Below, piece after piece: positions 25,787 to 37,874 of a stretch of 64,000 nucleotides of DNA. The stretch is from a bacterium UBP8_UBA817 (GTDB taxonomy: Bacteria > Margulisbacteria > Marinamargulisbacteria > SXXA01 > SICP01), in assembly GCA_945888435.1 (NCBI GenBank), contig CAMCZW010000002.1, positions 14,014 through 78,013 on the forward strand. The letters run 5' to 3'. Within the stretch, counting starts at the first letter, position 1. The number at the start of each line of letters is the position of its first letter. The translations under genes were made by a program, and so were the position numbers. Under the pieces are notes generated by a model. It worked only from the letters and a program-made list of their open reading frames with translations. It searched no databases and was not told where the DNA came from.

Positions 25787-27033
25787 AGTATTTTAGCTCC
25801 TAGCGAAGTTAGTTTTTCTGGGAGATTTTCGTATCCGCGTTTTAAGTGGTTCATGCCGTGGACGGTGGTGATGCCTTCGGCGTTGAGGCCGGCTAGGATG
25901 AGGGCGGCGCCGGCGCGTAAGTCGGTAATTTTGACTTCGGCACCTGAGAGTCTAGGGACTCCGGTTACTATGGCGGTATGGCCATTGGTTTTAATGTTAG
26001 CGCCCATACGTTTGAGTTCTTCGGCATGCATAAACCGGTTTTCAAAAATGGTTTCTTCGACGACGCTGGTCCCTGCTGATACGGTGAGAAGGGTCATCAT
26101 TTGGGCTTGGGCATCTGTAGGGAAACCGGGGAATGGCATGGTGTCAAAGTTGACGGCTTTTAAGGGGCCATTAAATGCGGCGGTAATGGTGGTGTCATTT
26201 TCAACGATGACTTCGCACCCTGCTTCTCTTAATTTCATAACAACGGGTTCCAGATGACTAAAAATGGCGCCTTCTACAGTGACTCGGCCACCGGTGATGG
26301 GGCCTGCAATAAGTAGGGTTGCTGCTTCAATTCGGTCCGGGATGACGCGGTGGGTACAGCCGGTGAGTCTTTTGACGCCATTGACGACGATGACGCTGGT
26401 GCCGATTCCGCTGATTTGGGCGCCGGCGCGATTGAGATAGTTGGCTAGGTCGTCGATTTCGGGTTCTCTGGCGGCGTTTTCAATCACAGTTTGGCCATCA
26501 GCTAGGCAGGCGGCCATCATAATATTTTCGGTGGCACCAACAGATGGAAAATCAAGGTGCATACGGACACCCTTGAGTTTGGGACATTTTAGTTCTACGA
26601 AGCCATGTTCCATTCGTACTTCAGCGCCCATGGCTTTAAAGCCGGTGAGGTGAATGTCGATAGGGCGTGATCCAATGCTGCAGCCTCCGGGCATAGGGAC
26701 TTTGGCATAGCCGGTTCTGGCGAGAATGGGGCCAGCCACAAAAAAGGAGGCTCGCATTGCAGTAACTAGGTCATAAGGCGCAATATGGCGTATTTTACGG
26801 TTATTTCTGATTTTAAGGATATTTTTGTCAGGGTAGGGTTCGGCGACGACATCGAGTGAATTGAGCATTTTAATCATCGTGCTGATGTCTAATAAATTGG
26901 GAACATTTTCGATGAGGGAATCGCCTTCGACGAGGATGGTTCCCGCTAAAATTGGGAGGGCTGCGTTTTTAGCGCCGGATACTTTAACTGTTCCGTTGAG
27001 GACATGGCCGCCTTCTAAGCTTAATCTTGACAT
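25783..27033 (-). CDS. murA: UDP-N-acetylglucosamine 1-carboxyvinyltransferase
   Basis: 416 aa EPSP-synthase fold. KVSGAKNAALPIL, and the Cys115 equivalent in GGCSIG. Confidence 0.9.
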   Translation of the reverse strand: MSRLSLEGGHVLNGTVKVSGAKNAALPILAGTILVEGDSLIENVPNLLDISTMIKMLNSLDVVAEPYPDKNILKIRNNRKIRHIAPYDLVTAMRASFFVAGPILARTGYAKVPMPGGCSIGSRPIDIHLTGFKAMGAEVRMEHGFVELKCPKLKGVRMHLDFPSVGATENIMMAACLADGQTVIENAAREPEIDDLANYLNRAGAQISGIGTSVIVVNGVKRLTGCTHRVIPDRIEAATLLIAGPITGGRVTVEGAIFSHLEPVVMKLREAGCEVIVENDTTITAAFNGPLKAVNFDTMPFPGFPTDAQAQMMTLLTVSAGTSVVEETIFENRFMHAEELKRMGANIKTNGHTAIVTGVPRLSGAEVKITDLRAGAALILAGLNAEGITTVHGMNHLKRGYENLPEKLTSLGAKIL

Positions 27034-27578
27034 AATAATGGGTCCAGTATGCGATCAAGTGCATTGTGAAGATGAGTTTCGTCGCGGTTGTTATTAATAA
27101 TGGTATGACAGTGTTCTAGCGCTTTTGCAATATGTTGGCCAGAACTTTGGCCGCTCATTTCGATGGCGTCCTGTCTTTTGAAGGTTTCAAAGTCGATTTG
27201 ATCGGTGGAATCCTGTCTCAGTTGGATGCGGTGATATCGGACATCCAGTGAGGCATCGATGCCTACGAGGAGCGTGTGGTTGGTACTAAGGACTTGGCAT
27301 TCGGCTTCGTTTCGGATGCTATCGAAGACGATTTTTGAAATACCGTTTTTTTCGGCAAATTCGATGGCTTTTTGGGCAAGGACGGATTGACCCCCTTCTT
27401 GCTTGAGGCGATTGCCGGTCATAATCAGGTTTTCTCTACTTTTTTCGAGGCCTAATCGGTCGCATTCAAGACGAATGATGTTAGAAAGGGAAAAGACTTC
27501 AAATCCTTTCCCTTTTAGGTAGGCGCAGGCGGTTGATTTGCCTGCGCCATTAGTTCCAATGAGTCCTAGTCGAATCAT
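27021..27578 (-). CDS. P-loop nucleotide/nucleoside kinase family protein
   Basis: 185 aa. Walker A GTNGAGKST. Confidence 0.5.
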   Translation of the reverse strand: MIRLGLIGTNGAGKSTACAYLKGKGFEVFSLSNIIRLECDRLGLEKSRENLIMTGNRLKQEGGQSVLAQKAIEFAEKNGISKIVFDSIRNEAECQVLSTNHTLLVGIDASLDVRYHRIQLRQDSTDQIDFETFKRQDAIEMSGQSSGQHIAKALEHCHTIINNNRDETHLHNALDRILDPLLCQD

Positions 27579-29141
<1,563 letters not shown>

Positions 29142-29197
29142 TTATTAATATTGAATAGTTCTGAATGGTTTGTTTTGTTTTTGTGAATTATTCGTAT

Positions 29198-29238
29198 CCC
29201 GTAGGGGCGTATGCAATACGCCCCTACGGGGGTGTTTT
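29198..29238 (+). terminator. Perfect 15-bp-stem hairpin (3-nt loop) followed by a T-run, in the ilvC/LysR divergent region
   Basis: cccgtaggggcgtat-gca-atacgcccctacggg (29198-29230) then ggtgtttt. The T-run is only on the + strand, where no upstream + gene exists. Confidence 0.5.
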
Positions 29239-29300
29239 GAATTACTGAATAATAACAATAATTTATTCCGAATTACGAATTTTGTTGATATCCTCTTCTT

Positions 29301-30164
29301 ATGACGATTGAAGATTTGAAAATTGTGACTTATTTGGCTAAGTGTTTGCACTTTCATGAAACGAGTGTGGCATTTTTGATGAGTCCGTCTAATTTGACGC
29401 GGCGGATTCGCCAGATAGAGACTGAATTGGGGATTCGGCTATTTGATCGGGATAATCGGAATGTGCGGGTTAATCCGGATGCGGCTTCTTTTTTTGAATT
29501 TGCGGCCAAAACTGCTCATGATTATGAACTTACCCTGGATGGGTTTAGGGCGACGGACCGGCCATTGGGTGGGGAGTTGCGGATTTATTGTTCGGTGACG
29601 GCGAGTTATGGGGTGTTGCCGCCATTGCTTCAGCGATATCGGTTGGCTTTTCCTCAGGTTCAGGTTCGGCTTGAAACTGGGGCGGTGCAACGGGTGTTGG
29701 ATAAACTTCATAGTCAGGATGCCGATATTGGGATTATGCCGATTTCGGGTGGGATTCCGGACTCTGTGGTTTTTGCACCTGTCGGTCGGATGCCGCTGGT
29801 TGTGATTGCGGCGCGAGATCATGGGGATGAGGTGGATTGGGACTTGGATACGCTTTTGTTACCTGAAAGCGGGATTACACGAGAAGTCGTGAATGATTGG
29901 TTTTTGTCGTCTGGGATTGTGCCGAGTCGGATTCAAGAATTGGCCGAATTTGAAGGAATCCTATCTCTAGTGAGTGCTGGATATGGGGTGGGTATTATTC
30001 CTTATATAGTGTGGGAACAGAGTCAATTATCCTCTCATACCAAAGTGCTTAAAATTTCTAATCGATTACCTCGTCTTAAAATTGGCGTTTTCTCACTTAA
30101 AAAACGGATGCATTTGAGGCGTATTGACGGATTTTTTGAATTATTTAAAGGGCCTATTACTTAA
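29301..30164 (+). CDS. LysR-family transcriptional regulator, divergent from ilvC (IlvY-like arrangement)
   Basis: 287 aa with an N-terminal wHTH. A divergent LTTR-ilvC pair as in enterobacterial ilvY-ilvC. Confidence 0.75.
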   Translation: MTIEDLKIVTYLAKCLHFHETSVAFLMSPSNLTRRIRQIETELGIRLFDRDNRNVRVNPDAASFFEFAAKTAHDYELTLDGFRATDRPLGGELRIYCSVTASYGVLPPLLQRYRLAFPQVQVRLETGAVQRVLDKLHSQDADIGIMPISGGIPDSVVFAPVGRMPLVVIAARDHGDEVDWDLDTLLLPESGITREVVNDWFLSSGIVPSRIQELAEFEGILSLVSAGYGVGIIPYIVWEQSQLSSHTKVLKISNRLPRLKIGVFSLKKRMHLRRIDGFFELFKGPIT

Positions 30165-30196
30165 GTATATTTTTTTTATTAGGAGAACGATTATTT

Positions 30197-31411
30197 ATGG
30201 CATTGAGAATTTTTACTAGAAAACCTGAAAATAGAGAGGATACGTATCGGCGAAAATTTACTCCGGAACTGAGGGATATTCTTACCCGACTTGATCGGGC
30301 TGTTGGATTAGGAATGAATTCTTCAAATTTTTTTGCTTTTGATAGTTCTAATCTGATTAAGAAGCACGCTCTAAAAGTAATTTCTCAATCAAAAGATAAG
30401 AGGTTTATTAGCAGAATTCAGTCGCTTCTTTCAGAGATGCCGCTTACTCTTAAATCGGGTAATGATAAATTTATGATTGAGGATTATTTTTTGATGTTAT
30501 CCACCTTGAAAAATTTGGTTAAAAACCGTTTGTCTACTATAGATATTGAACTTAAAGATGAGTTGATACGAAAAAAAGATTTAGAAGAACTGAGTCGCAG
30601 GGGTTTATTCCCGACACATTTTAAATTGAAAAGTGAGTTGGAAAGTCTTATCGCAAACTATCGATCTCGTTTGCCTCGTAGTGGATGTCCTGATGGGTGG
30701 ATCTCGATGTTCCGCAAATCAGAAGACCTCATCAGGGTTTTAAATAGATGTGAACAATCTGCATCTGATGTGCAGTCTCAATTTGAGACTTTCAAAGTGT
30801 CGATTGAAGCCTCTTATCGAGAGACCTGTATGTATTTTTATCATCGGCCTGATCCTCGAATTTCTCGTAAAAAGACGGAGATCAGAATGGTTAGAGACAA
30901 ATCCTATTCTTTGTTAACTTCATCAGATCTTCAAAGATTGCCTTCTATGACTGACGATGTTGAATCGCTTCAATCCTCTATTTCGGTGCGCGCTATATAT
31001 CCGTCGACTGCATGTAATAGTGTTCGGCGTGTTGAAGACTCTTTAGAAGAGGTCGAAAAGGGGGTGGGTTTGAAGCAAACTAGACAGAGCGAACGAGCGC
31101 CTCAATTTATACCTGCTTCAACAATTATGGATAATTCTAACTCTGCTCCAACTTTTTGGGATTATCAGAAGACTCCAGCTTTGCAAGCTTTAAAGCATAC
31201 TGATTGGAGATTAGCTAGAGATTTGACTCACGCTGCGTCCACTGCTTATGGATACGAGCAACAGTATGGAGATATGGCAACGCGATGTACTAATCCTACA
31301 ATGCATAAGAAATATGAAAAATGGGAAAAAGAAGCTCGATCGCAAAGATGGGAAGCTGAAACTGCTGCAAAGGAGGCTTCCGGTACTAATGATGAGTGTG
31401 TGATTTCTTAG
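30197..31411 (+). CDS. Hypothetical protein (404 aa), no recognisable domain
   Basis: ORF with an SD-like aggaga upstream. Charged/helical composition. Confidence 0.5.
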   Translation: MALRIFTRKPENREDTYRRKFTPELRDILTRLDRAVGLGMNSSNFFAFDSSNLIKKHALKVISQSKDKRFISRIQSLLSEMPLTLKSGNDKFMIEDYFLMLSTLKNLVKNRLSTIDIELKDELIRKKDLEELSRRGLFPTHFKLKSELESLIANYRSRLPRSGCPDGWISMFRKSEDLIRVLNRCEQSASDVQSQFETFKVSIEASYRETCMYFYHRPDPRISRKKTEIRMVRDKSYSLLTSSDLQRLPSMTDDVESLQSSISVRAIYPSTACNSVRRVEDSLEEVEKGVGLKQTRQSERAPQFIPASTIMDNSNSAPTFWDYQKTPALQALKHTDWRLARDLTHAASTAYGYEQQYGDMATRCTNPTMHKKYEKWEKEARSQRWEAETAAKEASGTNDECVIS

Positions 31412-31457
31412 TGTTAAAAATTGACATTTATTTGGGGGTAAGATAATTTGCCCGATT

Positions 31458-32672
31458 ATGTCTGAAATTATCGTTCAAAAATATGGTGGCACTTCGGTTG
31501 GATCTCCTGAAAGAATTCAGGCGGTGGCCAAGCGCGTTCAGCAATTTAGAAAGACCAATCCTTTTGTGGTGATTGTGGTATCGGCCATGGGCGATACGAC
31601 TGATGATTTAATTGCGTTATCCAAACAAATTTCAACTTCTCCTAATCCTCGAGAATATGATGCATTGATTTCAACGGGTGAAAATATTTCTGCGGCGTTA
31701 ACCGCTATGGCTCTTCAAGCGTTGGGGGTTCCTGCGATTTCGCTGACTGGGCCACAAGCTGGGGTGATTACACAGGGTATCCACAGCAAATCTAAAATTG
31801 CCAAGGTTAATACAGATCGTATTTTGGCAGAACTTAAAGAGGGTAAAGTCGTTGTTGTTACCGGATTTCAAGGACTTAATGATGCCAATGATGTTACGAC
31901 GATTGGCAGGGGTGGATCTGATACCTCTGCGGTGGTGTTGGCGGCGGCGCTAAAAGCACCTATTTGTGATATTTGTACGGATGTCGATGGGGTGTATACC
32001 ACTGATCCACGTAAAGTGGCGACTGCGACTAAAATTTCAGAAATCTCATATGATGAAATGCTTGAACTCGCGTCTCTGGGTGCTAAAGTGTTGCATCCTC
32101 GCTCGGTAGAATGTGCGAAAGAAAATGGAATTATACTGCATGTCCGATCATCGTTTAAAATGGATGAAGGGACTTATGTTAAGGAGGCCAGTGCTATGGA
32201 AGTTAATCGTCCGGTAACGGGAGTTACGCTCAATTCGAGTGAAGCCCAAGTGTCTATTTGTGGCGTCCCTGATTCTCCAGGTGTGGCGGGTAAAGTATTT
32301 ACTCGGCTAGCGGACGAATCGATTAATGTGGACATGATTATCCAGTCTTTAGGGGCAGATGGTAAAAATCAGATTTCATTTACTGTGGACCAGGATGACT
32401 TGGCCAATGCGAAAGTGATTACTGAGCAAGTTGCTAGAGAACTTGGTGCCGGATCTGTTGAATGTGACGATGAAGTCGCTAAAGTGTCGATTGTCGGTGT
32501 TGGGATGATGTCTAAACCGGGCGTGGCGGCGACATTGTTTAGAACTTTAGGCGATCATGGCATTAATATCCGGTTGATTTCAACTTCCGAGATTAAAGTG
32601 TCTTGTGTCGTCCCTAAATCAGAAGGCCAGCGTGCCCTTGAGCTGCTTCACTCTGCATTTGAGTTAGGTTAG
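31458..32672 (+). CDS. lysC: Aspartate kinase
   Basis: 404 aa. VQKYGGTSV N-terminus and C-terminal ACT domains. Confidence 0.9.
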   Translation: MSEIIVQKYGGTSVGSPERIQAVAKRVQQFRKTNPFVVIVVSAMGDTTDDLIALSKQISTSPNPREYDALISTGENISAALTAMALQALGVPAISLTGPQAGVITQGIHSKSKIAKVNTDRILAELKEGKVVVVTGFQGLNDANDVTTIGRGGSDTSAVVLAAALKAPICDICTDVDGVYTTDPRKVATATKISEISYDEMLELASLGAKVLHPRSVECAKENGIILHVRSSFKMDEGTYVKEASAMEVNRPVTGVTLNSSEAQVSICGVPDSPGVAGKVFTRLADESINVDMIIQSLGADGKNQISFTVDQDDLANAKVITEQVARELGAGSVECDDEVAKVSIVGVGMMSKPGVAATLFRTLGDHGINIRLISTSEIKVSCVVPKSEGQRALELLHSAFELG

Positions 32673-32675
32673 TTA

Positions 32676-33275
32676 ATGTCGGAATTTATTTTTTTAGCCT
32701 TGGTCTTGTTGGCGGTGGCATTGCCTCATGGTCGCTTATTTGAGTCGATGTATTATCACTCTAAAGCGGTTTCTGAGCGGTTAGACCATGCTAACTTTTT
32801 CTTTTATATGGCTAAATTGCCCTTTGTGCGGGCCCTTTCTTATTTAACTGCGTCCGTAGTTGGGTTTATGGCCTTGTATGTTGAACAACTTTATTTTGGA
32901 TATTTTTGGCTTCAATTGTCGGTACTGATTGGGGCAACCTTGGTCTTTATCTGGTCACCGTTTAATCGGTTTAAACCCAGAGGCGTATTTTGGTTTTATA
33001 TTGGGATTTATGCATTTTTAGGCCTCCCGATGTTGGCCTATTATCTTATTTTGCTTGGGATTACCGTGGCGCTTACTAGGTCTTGGGTATTGGGCTTAGT
33101 CTCTACTTTTGGATTGATGTTTGTGGTGTTGGTAGTACAAAATGCTCCGCCGGAGTACTTTTTTGTTCAATTCTGGTTGTTATTTGTGGTTGTACTTCGG
33201 TACTTGGACGAATTGGTTAATGTGATTGAAGGGCGGAGATATCCGACACTGGATCGCGCTTACTTCACTCGATAA
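32676..33275 (+). CDS. Integral membrane protein, unknown function
   Basis: 199 aa, about 6 TM helices. Confidence 0.5.
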   Translation: MSEFIFLALVLLAVALPHGRLFESMYYHSKAVSERLDHANFFFYMAKLPFVRALSYLTASVVGFMALYVEQLYFGYFWLQLSVLIGATLVFIWSPFNRFKPRGVFWFYIGIYAFLGLPMLAYYLILLGITVALTRSWVLGLVSTFGLMFVVLVVQNAPPEYFFVQFWLLFVVVLRYLDELVNVIEGRRYPTLDRAYFTR

Positions 33276-33280
33276 GTGTC

Positions 33281-33970
33281 TTACAAAGCAGGCGGAAGCT
33301 TAAACGTTAATCGCTTACCGGTGACGGGATGGTTAAATCCTAACTCAATGGCTTGGAGCTTGTGGATGGATTGCGGCTTTCTGGCATAGGCTGGGTTGTA
33401 CATCGTGTCGCCGATAATGGGGTGGCCGATGTAGGAGAGGTGGACCCTGATTTGGTGGGTGCGGCCGGTTTCTGGGGTGACTTCGATTAGAGTTTGGGTG
33501 CCGAATCGTTTAACGACCTCAAGAAAACTAATTGCTTCTTTGCTGATTTCTGTGGGCTGGGAAACGACCTTCATTTTTTTAGTCGATTTTTTGGTGGCTT
33601 CCATATAATTATGGATGGTCATGTGGTCGCTGATGATATTGCCTTGTGCCATTGCCAAGTATTTCTTGTGGATGGTTTTGTCTTTAAATTGGTTTTTGAT
33701 GGACTCAAATGCGAGTTGGGTTTTGCAGATGAGCATGAGGCCTTGGGTGTTTTTATCGAGCCTGTGGACAATGCCGGGTCGGATGGGGTGGTCGCCGACG
33801 GTGGCCATTTCTGGATAGTGGTGGACGAGGATATTGGCTAAGGTGCGTTGCTCGGTCATTTGGGTGGGGTGGACACTTAATTGGATGGGTTTGTTGAGGA
33901 CGAGAATATGGGCGTCTTCGTAGAGAAGGTTGAGTAGTTCGTTAAACGGCGGAAGTGTTTGAATTGTCAT
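33281..33970 (-). CDS. RluA-family pseudouridine synthase
   Basis: 229 aa. HRLDKNTQGLML, with the catalytic Asp in HRLD. Confidence 0.8.
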   Translation of the reverse strand: MTIQTLPPFNELLNLLYEDAHILVLNKPIQLSVHPTQMTEQRTLANILVHHYPEMATVGDHPIRPGIVHRLDKNTQGLMLICKTQLAFESIKNQFKDKTIHKKYLAMAQGNIISDHMTIHNYMEATKKSTKKMKVVSQPTEISKEAISFLEVVKRFGTQTLIEVTPETGRTHQIRVHLSYIGHPIIGDTMYNPAYARKPQSIHKLQAIELGFNHPVTGKRLTFKLPPAL

Positions 33971-34419
33971 TGTGAATGCCTTTTTGTGAAAATAGCCTCT
34001 GCTAAAAAGCAGGCTACAGCGACGTTGATTAAGATATCGGCAATATTAAAGACTGGGATGATGTGAATGTTAAAAAAATCGATTACATAGCCTCTAGCGA
34101 CTCGATCGATGAGATTTCCAATCGCACCACTCCACAAAAATAGGAGTCCGACTGCACTCCATCTGGATGTCGCAATTTTGGAATAAAAAAACATGCTCCC
34201 AAAAATGACGACAGTACTAAGGGTGATTAATAGCATGCGCTGGGTGCTTAATATCCCATAGGCTGCCCCATAGTTATGGACTAGGGTAAGGGATAATACC
34301 TTTGGAATAAGCACAATGTCACTGCCATACGCTAAATAAAACGAGGCTGCCCATTTGGTGAGTTGATCGACAATGACGCCGGTCAGCACGATTGCGGCGC
34401 CGCTTAGTTGAAATTTCAT
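33967..34419 (-). CDS. lspA: Lipoprotein signal peptidase II
   Basis: 150 aa. 4 TM helices, NxGAAYG-like and FNIAD motifs. Confidence 0.8.
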   Translation of the reverse strand: MKFQLSGAAIVLTGVIVDQLTKWAASFYLAYGSDIVLIPKVLSLTLVHNYGAAYGILSTQRMLLITLSTVVIFGSMFFYSKIATSRWSAVGLLFLWSGAIGNLIDRVARGYVIDFFNIHIIPVFNIADILINVAVACFLAEAIFTKRHSQ

Positions 34420-34422
34420 TAC

Positions 34423-34797
34423 CTAGTGAGATAAGAGTTGGACTAATAACTCAATTACAGAACTAGATCTGAAAGCATATAACAATGCAAATATGACGGC
34501 GATGATTCCTGTTGCAAATCCAATTCCTCTGATGAGACCGATCATGAGATTTAAAATCATCATCCGGCTTGGGTTTGAAATGAGGAGGGCTAATTCATCA
34601 AAGTGTGATTTTTTAAATACGGTAGAGAGCATATCGACGCTGTGAGAAAAAGATTCCATAAGAAGCCATTTTTGCTCGTTGATTTCTTTGAGGTTTCCCC
34701 GATTGAGCAAGTCTTGTTTGGCTTTTTTGGCTTCGTCGCTAATCACATGGCTTTTATGCGATAGATTTTCGATGGTTTTTGCAAGCGATGGTTCCAT
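34423..34797 (-). CDS. Small membrane-anchored hypothetical protein
   Basis: 124 aa with a C-terminal TM helix. Confidence 0.45.
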   Translation of the reverse strand: MEPSLAKTIENLSHKSHVISDEAKKAKQDLLNRGNLKEINEQKWLLMESFSHSVDMLSTVFKKSHFDELALLISNPSRMMILNLMIGLIRGIGFATGIIAVIFALLYAFRSSSVIELLVQLLSH

Positions 34798-35984
34798 TAT
34801 TTGTTCTCCAAAATTTCAATCCCTGGCAACCCTTTTCCTTCTAGATACTCAAGTGTTGCTCCCCCTCCTGTGGAGACATGGCTGATCTGCTTTTCAACAC
34901 CGGCCTTGGCAATCGCGGCTCCAGAATCTCCGCCACCGACGACTGTAAACGCATGACTTTTCGCTAAGGCATGGGCGACTTGCATGGTGCCTTTTGAAAA
35001 GGCGTCGATTTCAAATACACCGAGTGGGCCATTCCAGATCACGGTATTGGCCGAGGCAATACTTTCCATGATGTCTTGGGTGGTTTTTGGACCGATGTCG
35101 ACTGCGATTTCATTTGGTTTAATTGTATCTGAGATGCGTTGGGCTGCGTTTCCGTTAAATTCGGTGACACAGACATGATCGGTTGGGAGAATGAGCGTGG
35201 TTGCGGATGCTTTTGCTGCGTTTAAAAACTCTTTGGCATCTTCTAAAAGAGTATCTTCACAAAGTGATTTACCAATTTCTTGGCCTTGGGCTTTGAGTAA
35301 GGTGTACGTCATTCCGCCACCGATAATGAGAGTGTCTACTTTACTGAGTAAATTTTTAAGTACTGCAAACTTGCTGGATATTTTAGCGCCACCAATGATG
35401 GCCACTAAGGGGCGTTTTGGGGTGGTGAGCACTTGATCAAGAGTAGCGATTTCTTTTTCGAGTAAAAGCCCTGCATATGCGGGTAAATAATCAGCAATTC
35501 CTGCTGTTGAGGAATGGGCCCTATGTGCGGCTCCAAATGCATCATTCACAAATAAGTCGCCTAAGTTGGCCAATGATTTTGAAAAGCTGGGGTCGTTTTG
35601 GGTTTCTTCTTTGTGAAGCCGGGTATTTTCTAGCAGGACGATGTCTCCGTTTTTCATGTGAGAGATCATGTCTTCAACTTTTTGACCGATGCAATCGTCG
35701 AGTTTGGTGACGGGGCTTTTTAAAAGTTCAGCAAGCCTGATTCCCATGGGGTCTAATTTAAATAGGTCATGGCTATCCGCTGCTTTTGGGCGGCCAAGGT
35801 GGGATATTAAAATGACTTTGGCCCCGGCATCCCTAAGGTATTGGATGGTGCCTATGGACGCTTTGATTCGCGCATCATCGGTAATGGTAGTGCCGTCCAT
35901 GGGGACATTAAAGTCCACACGCACCAGCGCCCGCTTGCCTTCAAGCTGGGCGCGATTTAGTGACCGAATGCTGGCTTTTTTCAT
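34797..35984 (-). CDS. pgk: Phosphoglycerate kinase
   Basis: 395 aa. RVDFNVP and GGGDS..A motifs. Confidence 0.9.
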   Translation of the reverse strand: MKKASIRSLNRAQLEGKRALVRVDFNVPMDGTTITDDARIKASIGTIQYLRDAGAKVILISHLGRPKAADSHDLFKLDPMGIRLAELLKSPVTKLDDCIGQKVEDMISHMKNGDIVLLENTRLHKEETQNDPSFSKSLANLGDLFVNDAFGAAHRAHSSTAGIADYLPAYAGLLLEKEIATLDQVLTTPKRPLVAIIGGAKISSKFAVLKNLLSKVDTLIIGGGMTYTLLKAQGQEIGKSLCEDTLLEDAKEFLNAAKASATTLILPTDHVCVTEFNGNAAQRISDTIKPNEIAVDIGPKTTQDIMESIASANTVIWNGPLGVFEIDAFSKGTMQVAHALAKSHAFTVVGGGDSGAAIAKAGVEKQISHVSTGGGATLEYLEGKGLPGIEILENK

Positions 35985-35987
35985 TGG

Positions 35988-37049
<1,062 letters not shown>

Positions 37050-37062
37050 TTATAAGAGATTT

Positions 37063-37644
37063 ATGTCAAAAATTCGATTACTTTTTCAGAGATGGAAATC
37101 ATTTAAATTACGCTTACAAACCACCCATCGCTTGTGGTTTATAGTTGTGGATACGATTGAGATGATTATTGTGGCTTTGTTTTTTGCACTTTTGATCCGA
37201 AAATTTATTGTCCAAACCTCCGTTATTCCTTCCGAATCGATGGTGTCGACCCTCCAAATTGGCGACCGTTTATTTGTGGATAAATTGTCTTATCGATTTT
37301 GTGATCCTAAACGAGGCGATATCGTTGTGTTTAAATCCATGGAGCCCGGCGATAAGCGCGAGCTTGTAAAACGATGTGTCGGCTTACCTGGTGAAACGAT
37401 TGTGGTTGAGCGTGGTGTGATTTATGTGGATGGTAAAGCAGTCTCATTTCCGGGTGTCGTGATTGCACGTGATTATGATTTTTATGGGCCTTATCAGATC
37501 CCTCAAGGAAATTATTTTATGATGGGGGATAATCGGGCTTATTCTAAAGATTCTCGTTATTGGGGACCGGTTTCTCGGGATCATGTCTTGGGTAACGCCT
37601 GGTATGTGTTTTGGCCATTTTCGAGAGCCCAGCTTTTACATTAA
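37063..37644 (+). CDS. lepB: Signal peptidase I
   Basis: 193 aa. SESMVSTL (catalytic Ser), KRCVGLPGE, and GDNRAYSKDSRYWG. Confidence 0.85.
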   Translation: MSKIRLLFQRWKSFKLRLQTTHRLWFIVVDTIEMIIVALFFALLIRKFIVQTSVIPSESMVSTLQIGDRLFVDKLSYRFCDPKRGDIVVFKSMEPGDKRELVKRCVGLPGETIVVERGVIYVDGKAVSFPGVVIARDYDFYGPYQIPQGNYFMMGDNRAYSKDSRYWGPVSRDHVLGNAWYVFWPFSRAQLLH

Positions 37645-37651
37645 TTTTTAA

Positions 37652-37867
37652 ATGACGATTACGGTTAATGGTCAATCATTGATTTTGGAGACAGGTTTCA
37701 AACCTGTCTCTACATTGGCTGGGGTTTTAGAGACATTAGGGATTGATCCTGCCCGTCGTATTGTTGTGCATAATGGGGTTGTGGTGACGGGTGATCTTAA
37801 TGTCTTGCTTCAGGAAGGCGATGATGTTGAGATTTTACACTTTGTCGGGGGTGGGTGCCCGTCCTAA
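37652..37867 (+). CDS. ThiS/MoaD-like sulfur-carrier protein
   Basis: 71 aa beta-grasp-like protein with a C-terminal Gly-Gly (VGGG). Confidence 0.55.
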   Translation: MTITVNGQSLILETGFKPVSTLAGVLETLGIDPARRIVVHNGVVVTGDLNVLLQEGDDVEILHFVGGGCPS

Positions 37868-37874
37868 AGGTAGA

